Shown here: in pieces, positions 1 to 8,721 of the stretch | How the letters are laid out: every line of letters begins with the position of its first letter | Numbering within the stretch: position 1 is the stretch's first letter | Assembly: GCA_025839675.1 (NCBI GenBank) | Contig: CP104013.1 | Span: forward strand, 4,110,001-4,142,000 | From: Candidatus Lokiarchaeum ossiferum | Lineage (GTDB): Archaea > Asgardarchaeota > Lokiarchaeia > Sigyniarchaeales > Promethearchaeaceae | DNA: 32,000 nucleotides | Reading direction: 5' to 3' | Notes under the pieces: model-generated | The model's database searches: none | Told to the model about the DNA's origin: nothing | Seen by the model: the letters and a program-made list of their open reading frames with translations, nothing else | Program-made: the position numbers and the translations under genes

Positions 1-2
1 TA

Positions 3-311
3 TCCTTAATACCGATATTATCATTGACAGGAATTGGAATTTTATATGTTATATATTCTCCTCTTGGTTTAATTTTTGGAATTGCATGGATTGCTTTAAT
101 GATTGAGCTCACTCCGAAACAATTTACTGCATGGTGGTACCAAATATTTGCACTAGTGGTACTGTTAACTCGAATTATTTTCGAATTTGTTGGATTACGA
201 ATAGCTCATAAGCTCGGTGCAGCCCCTCTGTTTTATGCGGCTGCCGTTTTAATTCTCATAACTCTGCCAATCTTAATCAAAGTCATGAAATTGAAATCCC
301 TACCAGAGTAA
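3..311 (+). CDS. small hydrophobic membrane protein, possibly 5'-truncated by the window edge
   Basis: ORF 24..311 begins at TTG. The same frame is stop-free back to nt 3, so the gene may start upstream of the window. The translation is almost entirely hydrophobic (about 3 TM helices). No family recognised. Confidence 0.4.
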   Translation, partial: SLIPILSLTGIGILYVIYSPLGLIFGIAWIALMIELTPKQFTAWWYQIFALVVLLTRIIFEFVGLRIAHKLGAAPLFYAAAVLILITLPILIKVMKLKSLPE

Positions 312-317
312 ACTTTT

Positions 318-1025
318 TTAAATGGCTAATGGAATAATTTTTTCGTTACTTCTGGGTTCTTGCTCTTCATTTTTGATACTTCGGAATGTCCATACCATAC
401 TAAAGAGTAATACTAGCTCTCCTAAGGATCCGAAGACTAATCCAAAAATCGAAGCGGGAAGTGCACTCATGATGAAAATAATAATTCCTCCTGCCAAAAG
501 ATACCAAGAATGTTTACGAGATTCATGAAATATTGCTCCACCTAACCCAATGCAAATGACCACAACTGCAACAGATGCATAAGGAAATGATTTAGCTGCT
601 GTGTGACTCTGAGTATAATATAATATTCCATCAAAATATCGTGGTTCTAATGTGATTCCCAGAAGATGGGTGAATACCCCAAAGAAAATAAAGGCAATGG
701 TTATTCCCCACGTCAAATATGATGGAATCAGTTTTGATTTACCTCGATCCACTCGATAGAAGTTTAGTAGCGTTATCCCGGCTGGGATGAGCAGGGGAGT
801 AAAAAAAGCATGGATGATGAAGCGACCGAAATTTAAGGTGTGTAAGAGCTCTGATTCTCCGAGCAATGTGCCTATTGATACAACGATGGTGTCATATATT
901 AACCCTATAATTACAATCATAATTGTTCCGTCTAAATAAAGAGTGTTTTTCATAGTTTTTATAGAAAATACCAATAAAACAATGAACAACACTGCAAGAA
1001 TTGGAAATATAATATTAGAGATCAT
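318..1025 (-). CDS. polytopic membrane protein (about 7 TM), unknown family
   Basis: ATG-initiated 235-aa ORF with regularly spaced hydrophobic segments and a charged C-terminal tail (KNEEQEPRSNEK). The overlapping + strand ORF 322..528 is an antisense artefact. Confidence 0.6.
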   Translation of the reverse strand: MISNIIFPILAVLFIVLLVFSIKTMKNTLYLDGTIMIVIIGLIYDTIVVSIGTLLGESELLHTLNFGRFIIHAFFTPLLIPAGITLLNFYRVDRGKSKLIPSYLTWGITIAFIFFGVFTHLLGITLEPRYFDGILYYTQSHTAAKSFPYASVAVVVICIGLGGAIFHESRKHSWYLLAGGIIIFIMSALPASIFGLVFGSLGELVLLFSMVWTFRSIKNEEQEPRSNEKIIPLAI

Positions 1026-1130
1026 TTGATGGAATAAACTCTATCTTCTGTTTTATAAAGTATTTTGGTTTCGTGTTTTGCGCAATCTGGAAAAATCAAA
1101 AATTATCATTTCTAATTATAATCTACCCAT

Positions 1131-1502
1131 TTACTCCTTTTTTTGAGATGATGCAAGAATTTCTTTGATATTTATTAATAGATCCTTCTGAGAGAATGGT
1201 TTTAATCGGTATTTAAGCCCTATTTTAAAAATTTCCAGTTCAACTAATATTTTTTCCGAATATCTTGAGATAAATAATACTAAAACGTCTGGTTTTTCTT
1301 TCACAATTATTTCAATTAGTTCAGTCCCATTCATTAAAGGCATAATCATGTCATTAATAAATAAATCCATAGAATTTTAATGAGCACGAAATATAGATAA
1401 AGCTTGGAGAGGATCACCCGCGATAAGTACATTATAACCGCTGTTTTTTAAATGATTTTGAAATAATTTGCGAGGTTGCGGTTCGTTTTCCACGATTAAC
1501 AA
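1131..1502 (-). pseudogene. CheY-like response-regulator receiver domain interrupted by an in-frame TAA (nt 1377-1379)
   Basis: Hand translation of the minus strand in one frame gives ...(TTG)LIVENEPQPRKLFQNHLKNSGYNVLIAGDPLQALSIFRAH-STOP-NSMDLFINDMIMPLMNGTELIEIIVKEKPDVLVLFISRYSE...LKPFSQKDL. The receiver landmarks are all present: an N-terminal acidic beta1 end, the phospho-acceptor Asp in 'LFINDMIMP', Ser in 'LFIS' and Lys in 'KPF'. There is no ATG upstream of the stop; TTG at 1500-1502 is the best start. The frame is open up to nt 1574. Confidence 0.6.
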
Positions 1503-1609
1503 GGTTTCATTTCTAAAAAGATCCTTTTTTGCAATATTTTCACGTTTTTCTTGTTTTGAAACTGATAAATTCCATCAGTGATCTCTGGAAGAGGGTTGAT
1601 ATTTTTTAA

Positions 1610-2755
1610 TCAATAGACTCCATCTGTGTGTTTGAGAAAAGGGAAGATTTCATTAAATATTTCTTCTCCCGCTTTATACCTCTCATTTGAACTGGGAGTA
1701 TTCTTTAATGATTCTTCAAACATCGATTCAAACTCCTCAACAAACTTTTTGAGTCCCTTTTGCAAAACCAGAGAAACCTGATTTGTTGCTACCGTTGCTG
1801 TGATATATTCTCCTGAATCCAATATCAATGAGACATCGCTATTGATGATTTTTGTTATATAACCTTTTGATTTTAAGGAGGATTGATGCAATGTAGTTAA
1901 AGTCGAATTTAGAAATGTGAAATAGTTTTCATCCAGTTCATTTTTCGTATTTTTGGTTTCGAAGGTTAACGATAGCAAATTTAACTTTGTTTCTTTGTGA
2001 ATAACTATCAACATGTAATGATCGAAGGGTAATCGGAAAATGTATTTTAGATTTAAAGTGCTAACTATGAGAAATAAACTGAATCCGATGACAGTCAAAA
2101 CTTCTCCAATTTTACGCGCTAAACTTAAAGCAAGGGATAGCTCATCAAACGAATAAGGTATAATTATTACTAGTCCCATTACATATCCCAAAGTTGTGAT
2201 AACCATCGAAATATAAAAAAATTCAGATAGTTTTTCAGAAGTATATTTCCACATGTTGTAACACACCGGAATTCCACAAAATCCAAAAACAAATATCTGT
2301 AGTCCCTTTAAACTTAATCGACATATGAAGTACATCATATTGTTAACAGGTGATTTAAAAATTATTTCATTGTAAGTCAAAACTAGATAGAAATAACCCA
2401 TCACGGTTACTGTAATAAAAAATACTATCAGTGAAATGTCCCGTTGGGAACGTTTTATCCTTCTTAATCCATCTAAAAATATATAAAAGAAAAAAATCTG
2501 AAGGCAATAAAGAAATATATAAAAACCTCTGAGAGCTAATTGTCCTTGCTTTGAAGGTATGATTTTTAAAAAATATAAGCAAACAAAAATTAAATTTAAC
2601 ATCCCTAATAAGTAGGCTAAGAAGAAATCCTTAACGGGACGATTTTGATGCTTCCGTTTGTAATTTATAAGGAAAATTCCAAATAGAAGAAAAATTCCGA
2701 AATTTGATAAAAAATCATATGATAATACAGTAACCATTTTTAAAATGAATATCAC
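1610..2755 (-). CDS. 7-TM membrane protein with a C-terminal cytoplasmic alpha/beta (roadblock/longin-like) domain
   Basis: 381-aa ORF with GTG at 2755 and an alternative ATG at 2737. Seven hydrophobic helices span aa 1-235. They are followed by about 140 soluble residues with a beta-beta-alpha-beta-beta-alpha pattern (MLIVIHKETKLNLLSLTF / LDENYFTFLNSTLTTLHQSSL / ITKIINSDVSLILDS / YITATVATNQ / LVLQKGLKKFVEEFESMF). The domain assignment is inference. Confidence 0.7.
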   Translation of the reverse strand: MIFILKMVTVLSYDFLSNFGIFLLFGIFLINYKRKHQNRPVKDFFLAYLLGMLNLIFVCLYFLKIIPSKQGQLALRGFYIFLYCLQIFFFYIFLDGLRRIKRSQRDISLIVFFITVTVMGYFYLVLTYNEIIFKSPVNNMMYFICRLSLKGLQIFVFGFCGIPVCYNMWKYTSEKLSEFFYISMVITTLGYVMGLVIIIPYSFDELSLALSLARKIGEVLTVIGFSLFLIVSTLNLKYIFRLPFDHYMLIVIHKETKLNLLSLTFETKNTKNELDENYFTFLNSTLTTLHQSSLKSKGYITKIINSDVSLILDSGEYITATVATNQVSLVLQKGLKKFVEEFESMFEESLKNTPSSNERYKAGEEIFNEIFPFLKHTDGVY

Positions 2756-2975
2756 TTTAAAATTAAATTTAATTTATTTCAACTGATTTTAACTGATTAT
2801 AAATTTGGGTCGATTGTTAAATCACATATGTGTATTATTGAATATGGGTAGTTATCCAAATATGAAGTTTGGTCGATTAATTTGTGCAAAACATTTAAAA
2901 TGTATTTTATCCATAGTCAATGACAGATATATATAACAATAATTTTTCCCCTCCTTTAAAATCAAGCGATTTGAT

Positions 2976-3626
2976 ATGGACATGAAATCTTCAGTGTTTT
3001 GGTTGACAATTTTATCTATTGTGGTCTTAACTTTCATCATTCTAAGTATTCTATCCGTTCACAAAATTCGCAGATATCGACAAACTGTTTTCTACCATGA
3101 AATACAATCACTTGAGTCTTTTTTAGATATTTTAGATAATAGTGACAATCATATAGATGGAACGCTAAGAACAAAAATTTCAAAAGAAATTCTTAAAATT
3201 GTTAGAAAAAAACCCCAATTGTTGACTATGGTGCCATCAAATGATAAAAGTAAAGTTTCTGAAAATCTTGAAACACAATTATTACCAAATCAATTCCTCA
3301 AACCTTATCCTTTTAATATTCTGTTGGCTCTCTCGAACTTGGGAAAAACTTATTTCACAACCCTTTTAAAAACTTTGAAAATGAGCAAAGGAAATTTAAA
3401 CCATCATTTAAAAAAACTTCAAGAACAAGATTTAGTAAAAGAAGAAAATGATTTGATGGATTTTCGTCGGAAAACATGGGAAATTACACCACAAGGTAAA
3501 CAAGAATTCAACACCTTGGTTCATAATTTGAAGAATCGTCTTCAGAAATTCGAACCTCCTAGTTCTCTGCTGGTGAATGAACAGGGGCGAGTGAAATCTT
3601 ATTCGATAATTCAAACGGCCAATTAG
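2976..3626 (+). CDS. membrane-anchored winged-helix (ArsR/MarR-like) DNA-binding protein
   Basis: One N-terminal TM helix (VFWLTILSIVVLTFIILSILSV). The C-terminal part has a wHTH pattern: FNILLALSNLGKTYFTTLLKTLKMSKGNLNHHLKKLQEQDLVKEE...RRKTWEITPQGKQEF. Confidence 0.7.
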   Translation: MDMKSSVFWLTILSIVVLTFIILSILSVHKIRRYRQTVFYHEIQSLESFLDILDNSDNHIDGTLRTKISKEILKIVRKKPQLLTMVPSNDKSKVSENLETQLLPNQFLKPYPFNILLALSNLGKTYFTTLLKTLKMSKGNLNHHLKKLQEQDLVKEENDLMDFRRKTWEITPQGKQEFNTLVHNLKNRLQKFEPPSSLLVNEQGRVKSYSIIQTAN

Positions 3627-3693
3627 AATCGACCTCATTCTCTAGTAATCTACTCCCCAAAAAAAAGTTCTCCAGAAAAAATTATTCTCGATT

Positions 3694-3719
3694 AAAACGC
3701 AAAAAAGCGGTTTGTTTTT
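3694..3719 (+). terminator. imperfect hairpin followed by a T-run downstream of 2976..3626
   Basis: AAAACGC-aaaaaa-GCGgTTT, then GTTTTT, about 70 nt after the stop codon. Confidence 0.3.
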
Positions 3720-3808
3720 AGAACTACCTTTGAGGTTTATATACAAACACTTTTTTAACACAAATGGACAAGAAATTTGTCTAAAAATAATTGTAAAAAA
3801 GTGATAAA

Positions 3809-4405
3809 ATGAAAAATTCCAAAATAATTGCCATGAGTGTATTATTCTTATGTACACTTTCTTTCCTCAATTTAGGAAATGCTTATGTGACTCCTCCTGA
3901 TTCACCATTGGTTGTCGGAAATAAATATTGGACTGAATATAATATGATTTATAGTCAAAAAAGTGGATGGACTTATAAAAAAAGATTCACTATCACAGTT
4001 CAACTTTGGACGACGTGTAAAGAATCTCCATATGGGGGGAAATATTTAGATGTTTACGCAGTTGGTTTATATACATATGCTGGTTTGGTTGCACAAAGAG
4101 GTGTTTCAGTGACAACAAGTGGAGATTATATTATCTGCCAAAATGTTGGTAGTGGAAGTGCTCCAACTGTTGTTCAGATTAAAGCTAGCCCCATAATTTA
4201 TTGCAATGGGGCTACTCTTAATCCTGTTATAATCCTTCAATTAGATATTATGGGTGGCCATAAATTAGATGTGGACATTAATTCATTACCTGGTGGTTGG
4301 AAAATATCAAGTTCCGAAGTAGAAACTGAAGGTCTTCCATATAATGTAGATACATTAGACACTTTAACTTCGGTATGGGAGAGAAGTTTTCAACAACAAG
4401 CCTAG
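3809..4405 (+). CDS. secreted or surface protein of unknown function (signal peptide, probably all-beta)
   Basis: The N-terminus MKNSKIIAMSVLFLCTLSFLNLGNAYV looks like a signal peptide. The mature part is G/T/V/S/Y-rich, unlike the K/I/F/E-rich neighbours. No family recognised. Confidence 0.65.
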   Translation: MKNSKIIAMSVLFLCTLSFLNLGNAYVTPPDSPLVVGNKYWTEYNMIYSQKSGWTYKKRFTITVQLWTTCKESPYGGKYLDVYAVGLYTYAGLVAQRGVSVTTSGDYIICQNVGSGSAPTVVQIKASPIIYCNGATLNPVIILQLDIMGGHKLDVDINSLPGGWKISSSEVETEGLPYNVDTLDTLTSVWERSFQQQA

Positions 4406-4461
4406 TTATGAGTTTTTAAAGCCAGAATATAATTAATTAATCAGAAAATCTTGAGTCATAG

Positions 4462-4477
4462 TTTTTTTTTATTTTTT
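4462..4477 (+). terminator. oligo-T terminator (T9-A-T6) after 3809..4405
   Basis: T9 at 4462-4470 and T6 at 4472-4477, about 57 nt after the stop. Oligo-T is the canonical archaeal termination signal. Confidence 0.4.
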
Positions 4478-4844
4478 ATCAAAAAAATATTAATTCGCCT
4501 CTTCAAGAATCTCAACTCTCATATTTTCTTCCAGTCGAGCATGTATGTAAATTGCTTGGATAAATATTCTGGGTCGTGGCATGGAAATGGAAATAGTTTA
4601 ATGAAAAATAAATTTTCGGCTCTAATTTGGATCCAACAAAAGTTTAAGGTCATTTTTTGTTATGAACTCAATTTAGAGAGATAGTTAATCAACTAAGATT
4701 ATGTTATTTTTCAGAGTGATGATTTGATAGCTAATTAAAGAAGTAAGTTTCCAAGGATCGTATATAAAAAAAAATGAAAAAAAATGTGGTTGTGTGTGAT
4801 TAAAGATCAGAAAAAAAGGTTGGTTGGTTGAAAGAATTGTGAAT

Positions 4845-6239
4845 TTAATGCCACATCGCCATGGCATCTTGCATAAAGCGAATGGCTTTTTCTTCTAAGG
4901 CCATAATTTCCCGAAGTAAAATGGCCCCTTCTTCTCGACAGAAGAATGATGAGGGTTGCCCTAATGTAAATGGGAAAAGGGCGGTAAATTCTTCCCATTT
5001 ATCCGCAATCTCTTGATATTTTTTTGCGGCTTTTTGGATCATGAAACTAAATGATTTGTTCGCATATTTGTCGTGAATCATATATAAGAAATCTGCACAA
5101 TGCTGCTTATTCTCTGCATAATAAGACCCTAAAAAGGCATTGGCTTGAGGATTCAAGCTGGAAAGAATTTCTTCATTACTTTTAAGTAAATTTGCCCATT
5201 CTTCAAACATCTGAGGACCAGATACTCGGTCATCATGTTCTGGCTTCCCTGTTCCATTTTTAGCAAATTCAATGGCTCGTTCTAAAGCTTCGCGATAATC
5301 ATTGTCTGTAATGGGGGCGGTTTCATCTCGTACAAAGACTGCATGCATATAATTAGTCGTTTTTAGTGAATAAAATTGGCATGGAAATCCACTATAGCCC
5401 ATATCGCTGTGGTAGGCGTGAGCCATATAATAATCTTGGAAACAACCATTGACAATTCCATATTCCGGAAGGAGTAAGCCAAATAAGACCGCAGGTTTTT
5501 GGAATTGCTTGATTTCCTGTTTCACTACATTGAACATGTTCTTTGCCCGTTCGATATCTTCCAGAGTAATCGTACCATAATAGGTTGGAAAGGCTTTTTC
5601 TTCATAATGTCCATGTAATTCATAGCCTAAACGGCTGGAAGCCTTTAATATTTGATCCCAATCACAATATTTAAAGTGGGAACTTCCATCAATGGCATCC
5701 TTAGTAAAATTATTGAGGAAACTCATCCCAGAGAATCCATTAACAAATGAAACGGAATATTTTTTTTCCAAAGAATTGAAAATACCTGTGATGGATGCTA
5801 CAAAAGAATTCATTGCACCGGGATATTGTGCTGGCTTTGGCACGGATATCTTTTCTTGCAATATTTTTGGGGCTTGAAATAGTCCTTCATAGGGATGCAA
5901 TTGTGTGTTTGATTGAAAATAATCGGAATTCACTGCCCGTTCAAAGAGGTTTACATTCGTATCTAAGAAATTTTTCCCTTTTGGGGTGATTTTATAGTAG
6001 CCACGAGAGAGACGTTCGATAAGATGTTCTTTTTCTAAAATGACGAGGTGATTAACCAAGGAAGTTTTACTGATTTGGGAAAAATCCTTCAAATTTTTAA
6101 AAGTTTGAATATTTTCGGAATTCAAGAGCATAAGCAAGTTTAATCGCTTAGGATTGGCAAGAGATTTGAGAACGTCGCTGATTCGACTTACTTCTTCATG
6201 AATGACTTGCATTGATACAATTTGATTTTCGATAACCAT
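4845..6239 (-). CDS. ArsR-type wHTH regulator fused to a roughly 350-aa C-terminal domain of unknown function
   Basis: The N-terminus VLKSLANPKRLNLLMLLNSENIQTFKNLKDFSQISKTSLVNHLVILEKEHLIERLSRGYYKITPKGKNF shows the ArsR/HTH_20 pattern. The remaining 350 aa are soluble and mixed alpha/beta. Three T-runs on the minus strand (4811-4817, 4777-4784, 4766-4774) follow the stop. Confidence 0.8.
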   Translation of the reverse strand: MVIENQIVSMQVIHEEVSRISDVLKSLANPKRLNLLMLLNSENIQTFKNLKDFSQISKTSLVNHLVILEKEHLIERLSRGYYKITPKGKNFLDTNVNLFERAVNSDYFQSNTQLHPYEGLFQAPKILQEKISVPKPAQYPGAMNSFVASITGIFNSLEKKYSVSFVNGFSGMSFLNNFTKDAIDGSSHFKYCDWDQILKASSRLGYELHGHYEEKAFPTYYGTITLEDIERAKNMFNVVKQEIKQFQKPAVLFGLLLPEYGIVNGCFQDYYMAHAYHSDMGYSGFPCQFYSLKTTNYMHAVFVRDETAPITDNDYREALERAIEFAKNGTGKPEHDDRVSGPQMFEEWANLLKSNEEILSSLNPQANAFLGSYYAENKQHCADFLYMIHDKYANKSFSFMIQKAAKKYQEIADKWEEFTALFPFTLGQPSSFFCREEGAILLREIMALEEKAIRFMQDAMAMWH

Positions 6240-6851
6240 GATTTTTTCACATTTTTTGTTTTTGGGGGAGTATCTCTTTCCTCAGGTTGTTTTTTAGTGA
6301 ACTGAGCCTAATATCCACTGTTTTATCATCTAGAGCGGATGATTTGAAGTATTACATTTCTTGGAGTTCATCCGTGTTTCTTGTTCCTAACGTCCACTGA
6401 ATTTCGTAAGATTAATGTCAAAGCACCCAATATGTTGGAATTTCCGTATTTGGTTAATGTGGGCTTTGAAACATTTTTTACCTGATGGAAAAAAATATTG
6501 CGACAATCGCAAACTATTATAATTTATTATGTGAAACCATATATTTAAAGCTATTGAGTTTTGCATTTTTTGCAAACCTAAAATAATGCGTTTTTGAGCG
6601 ACTTGATATTTTTCGATTCAGTGCAATATATCTTAAATTCTGTATTTTACGATAATATTTTGAGAAATTGTTTTAAAGCCCTGAATGTATGAAATAAATT
6701 TGTATAAATTTAAATTTGGTTTAATTTATCTACTAATTTTAATTTTCTAAGATCAAAGTTCATAAAAAATAGTTCCAATTTATTATCACCAAATTTCGTT
6801 TTTTGCAAAGAATTTATCCAAAATGATTTAAATTCTAAGTGCTGAATTCGA

Positions 6852-7484
6852 TTAAATTTGGTAATTTTGAGTAAATTTTCGATTTATTCCAATTAAAGTT
6901 GAGCCTAAAATAAGATAGAAGGCTGTCATCCCTAAAATAGATAGAATATATGGGCCCACTCCCAAAGATAATGGGTCAATAAAGAAATATGGATAGAATC
7001 CAGTTACGACACCATAAATCAGAGTCAAGACTAAATAACATATCGGGTAGATAAGCCATTTTTGAAGGTAATTCCACTTGTATCGGATGTTTCTTTCGGT
7101 TAAAAACCAATCCACAATAAAATAAACTGGAATCAAATAGTGGAAAAGAATATTAGTTATATCAAAAGCGTAATCTGGAGGCATTAATGGTGCTAAAATA
7201 ATAGCGAAAATTAGAAAGGTGGCTGTGATGTACAGCGTAATTCCACCTCGAACCAGTCCTGTAAGCTTCTGGTATTTTTCTGGTTTCCTATCCCAGAGAA
7301 TTGCTAACAACAACCACACTGCTACCAAGAAATTTGATTGAATCGTATAAAACAGAAATAAAAAGAGGGATTTGCTCGTTGCAATATCATAAATTAGGAT
7401 TATCCATCCGATTAAGCAAAATATTATACGTAGTATCCATAAGCTTTTTTTGACCATTTTCGTAATCACCGATGAATAACTCAT
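6852..7484 (-). CDS. 6-TM membrane protein, Pr6Pr/FAR-17a(AIG1)-like
   Basis: 210-aa ORF with six hydrophobic helices and the motif 'FYTIQSNFLVAVW' in TM2. This matches my recollection of the F-T-x-Q-S-N signature of Pr6Pr family proteins. The family call is from memory, not from a search. Confidence 0.6.
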   Translation of the reverse strand: MSYSSVITKMVKKSLWILRIIFCLIGWIILIYDIATSKSLFLFLFYTIQSNFLVAVWLLLAILWDRKPEKYQKLTGLVRGGITLYITATFLIFAIILAPLMPPDYAFDITNILFHYLIPVYFIVDWFLTERNIRYKWNYLQKWLIYPICYLVLTLIYGVVTGFYPYFFIDPLSLGVGPYILSILGMTAFYLILGSTLIGINRKFTQNYQI

Positions 7485-7838
7485 GTAATCTTACAATTCA
7501 AAAAATGCTTTCTCCTTTATATAAAAAAGGGTTCAAGTAATTTGGAATAACTAAACTGATGCTATAAAAGCTATCTTTTGAAATACTCCATGTTGAGTTT
7601 TTTTTTTTTATTAACAATAAATCTAAGAAAATTGGAAACCCATGATCAATAATGAGGTTTTATTGCTCATAGTGTTGTGGTCACTTGAAGAGCTAAAAAA
7701 AATGACCAAATTTTCAGAAAACTTGGAAAATTCTTTTATAAAATGTCTCTATTTTTTCTCTTAATTCAATCTTTTTTCAATGAAAGTGTAATTTGAAAAA
7801 TTTTGAATCCTAGGAAATTTAAAGCACGTTGAATTAAA

Positions 7839-8660
7839 ATGATCTTGATGAAAAACCAAACTCCCCAGAATATTGAAGAGAAGTCTACGATTTGGGGGGA
7901 TATTAAGTTCAGTTTTCATCTATATAAGCAAAATTTCAAACCGATTTTTTGGGTGTCTTTAATCCGATTTTTGGCCATATATTCGGCAAGTCATGCCTTG
8001 CGTTTTGTATTTCACCAACAAATCTACAACTCAATGCCCAATATGCCTGTGATGTGGATTGAGTGGCTACTTCGAGTTCCTTCCGATCTCATTAGTTTTG
8101 GCTTTTGGGGGGCAATAGTTGGAATGGCCTATGATATTATGTCTTCTGGAGATGGTTTCGCAGATCTTAAGAATTCATTTTATTATATCAAGAAATATTG
8201 GTTTCCGTTTGTTATCTTAAGTCTTTTGGTCAATTTATTTATCTATGTCATTCGTCTGGTAATTCCTTGGTATGTAAGCATGGGAGAAGCGATTATTTTG
8301 CGGACCTTTTCCTTTTTTTGGAGTTTGCTGTTTGTGGAAACTTCGGCAGGATTGGTAAGTCGCCACAATATTCGAGATGCTCTGAAGGATAACTTTAAAC
8401 TACTGTTCACATGTTTTAAACGAATTTTTAAAACTTTTGGTGTATTTTATCTTTTATTCATGGTAGGGCGAATTCTTCTCGGCTATTATTTATGGTACTA
8501 TGGAAATCCATCTTCAATCGTGCATTTAATTGTAATAATTGTATTATATACTTGGAATGTCATTCATGGCTTTTTAGGTTCTCCAATGTACGCATTTTTA
8601 ACCATTGGAATCTATAATGAAGAATTGCGGTATAAAAATCAAGAAATTAAGAATGTATGA
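7839..8660 (+). CDS. 6-TM membrane protein, paralog 1 of the 'YDIMSSGDGF' family (unknown function)
   Basis: 273 aa, with ATG at 7839 or 7848. It shares the block FGFWGAIVGMAYDIMSSGDGFADLKNSFYYIKKYWF (nt 8097-8204) with ORFs 9274.. and 10191... It also shares the N-terminal 'IKFSFHLYKQNFKPIF' amphipathic lead-in and the C-terminal 'FLTIGIYNEE' ending. Confidence 0.75.
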   Translation: MILMKNQTPQNIEEKSTIWGDIKFSFHLYKQNFKPIFWVSLIRFLAIYSASHALRFVFHQQIYNSMPNMPVMWIEWLLRVPSDLISFGFWGAIVGMAYDIMSSGDGFADLKNSFYYIKKYWFPFVILSLLVNLFIYVIRLVIPWYVSMGEAIILRTFSFFWSLLFVETSAGLVSRHNIRDALKDNFKLLFTCFKRIFKTFGVFYLLFMVGRILLGYYLWYYGNPSSIVHLIVIIVLYTWNVIHGFLGSPMYAFLTIGIYNEELRYKNQEIKNV

Positions 8661-8721
8661 TCTAATTTATTGAACTCAATATTTTTCAAGAATTGAAGAA
8701 TGCGGAGTAGATTCAATCGAA

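Noticed and set aside
322-528. Many short ORFs in the six-frame track lie inside or antisense to longer genes. Examples: 322-528, 2367-2582, 3432-3638, 5692-5877, 5795-5989, 8198-8392, 8894-9139, 12720-13079, 14002-14293, 14723-14995, 15315-15591, 16419-16688, 19566-19754, 21016-21240, 23666-23905, 28607-28795, 29825-30010, 30778-31243.
   Set aside because: Each overlaps a longer ORF that has clear domain content or coherent TM structure. Their translations are low-complexity or Cys/Arg/Ser-rich in ways typical of antisense frames of AT-rich genes. There is no independent support.
4451-4684. 77-aa ORF following the secreted-protein gene.
   Set aside because: It starts inside the oligo-T terminator tract and translates to poly-F/I/K low-complexity sequence. 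It is most likely non-coding 3' spacer between convergent genes.
4716-4722. GTGATGA, which matches a C-box (RUGAUGA) of a C/D-box sRNA, in the 4406-4844 spacer.
   Set aside because: No CUGA D-box follows within a suitable distance on that strand, and there are no terminal complementary ends. A lone 7-mer is not evidence.
4818-4830. Simple repeat (GGTT)3 and the adjacent TGTGGTTGTGTGTG tract.
   Set aside because: It is a very short microsatellite-like sequence in a terminator region. It lies among the T-runs that end the 4845-6239 gene, and nothing indicates a function.
6387-6575. 62-aa ORF inside the long 6240-6851 spacer.
   Set aside because: Its composition (many N, I, F, Q, H; no motif) matches random translation of AT-rich DNA. 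The spacer is reported as a finding instead.
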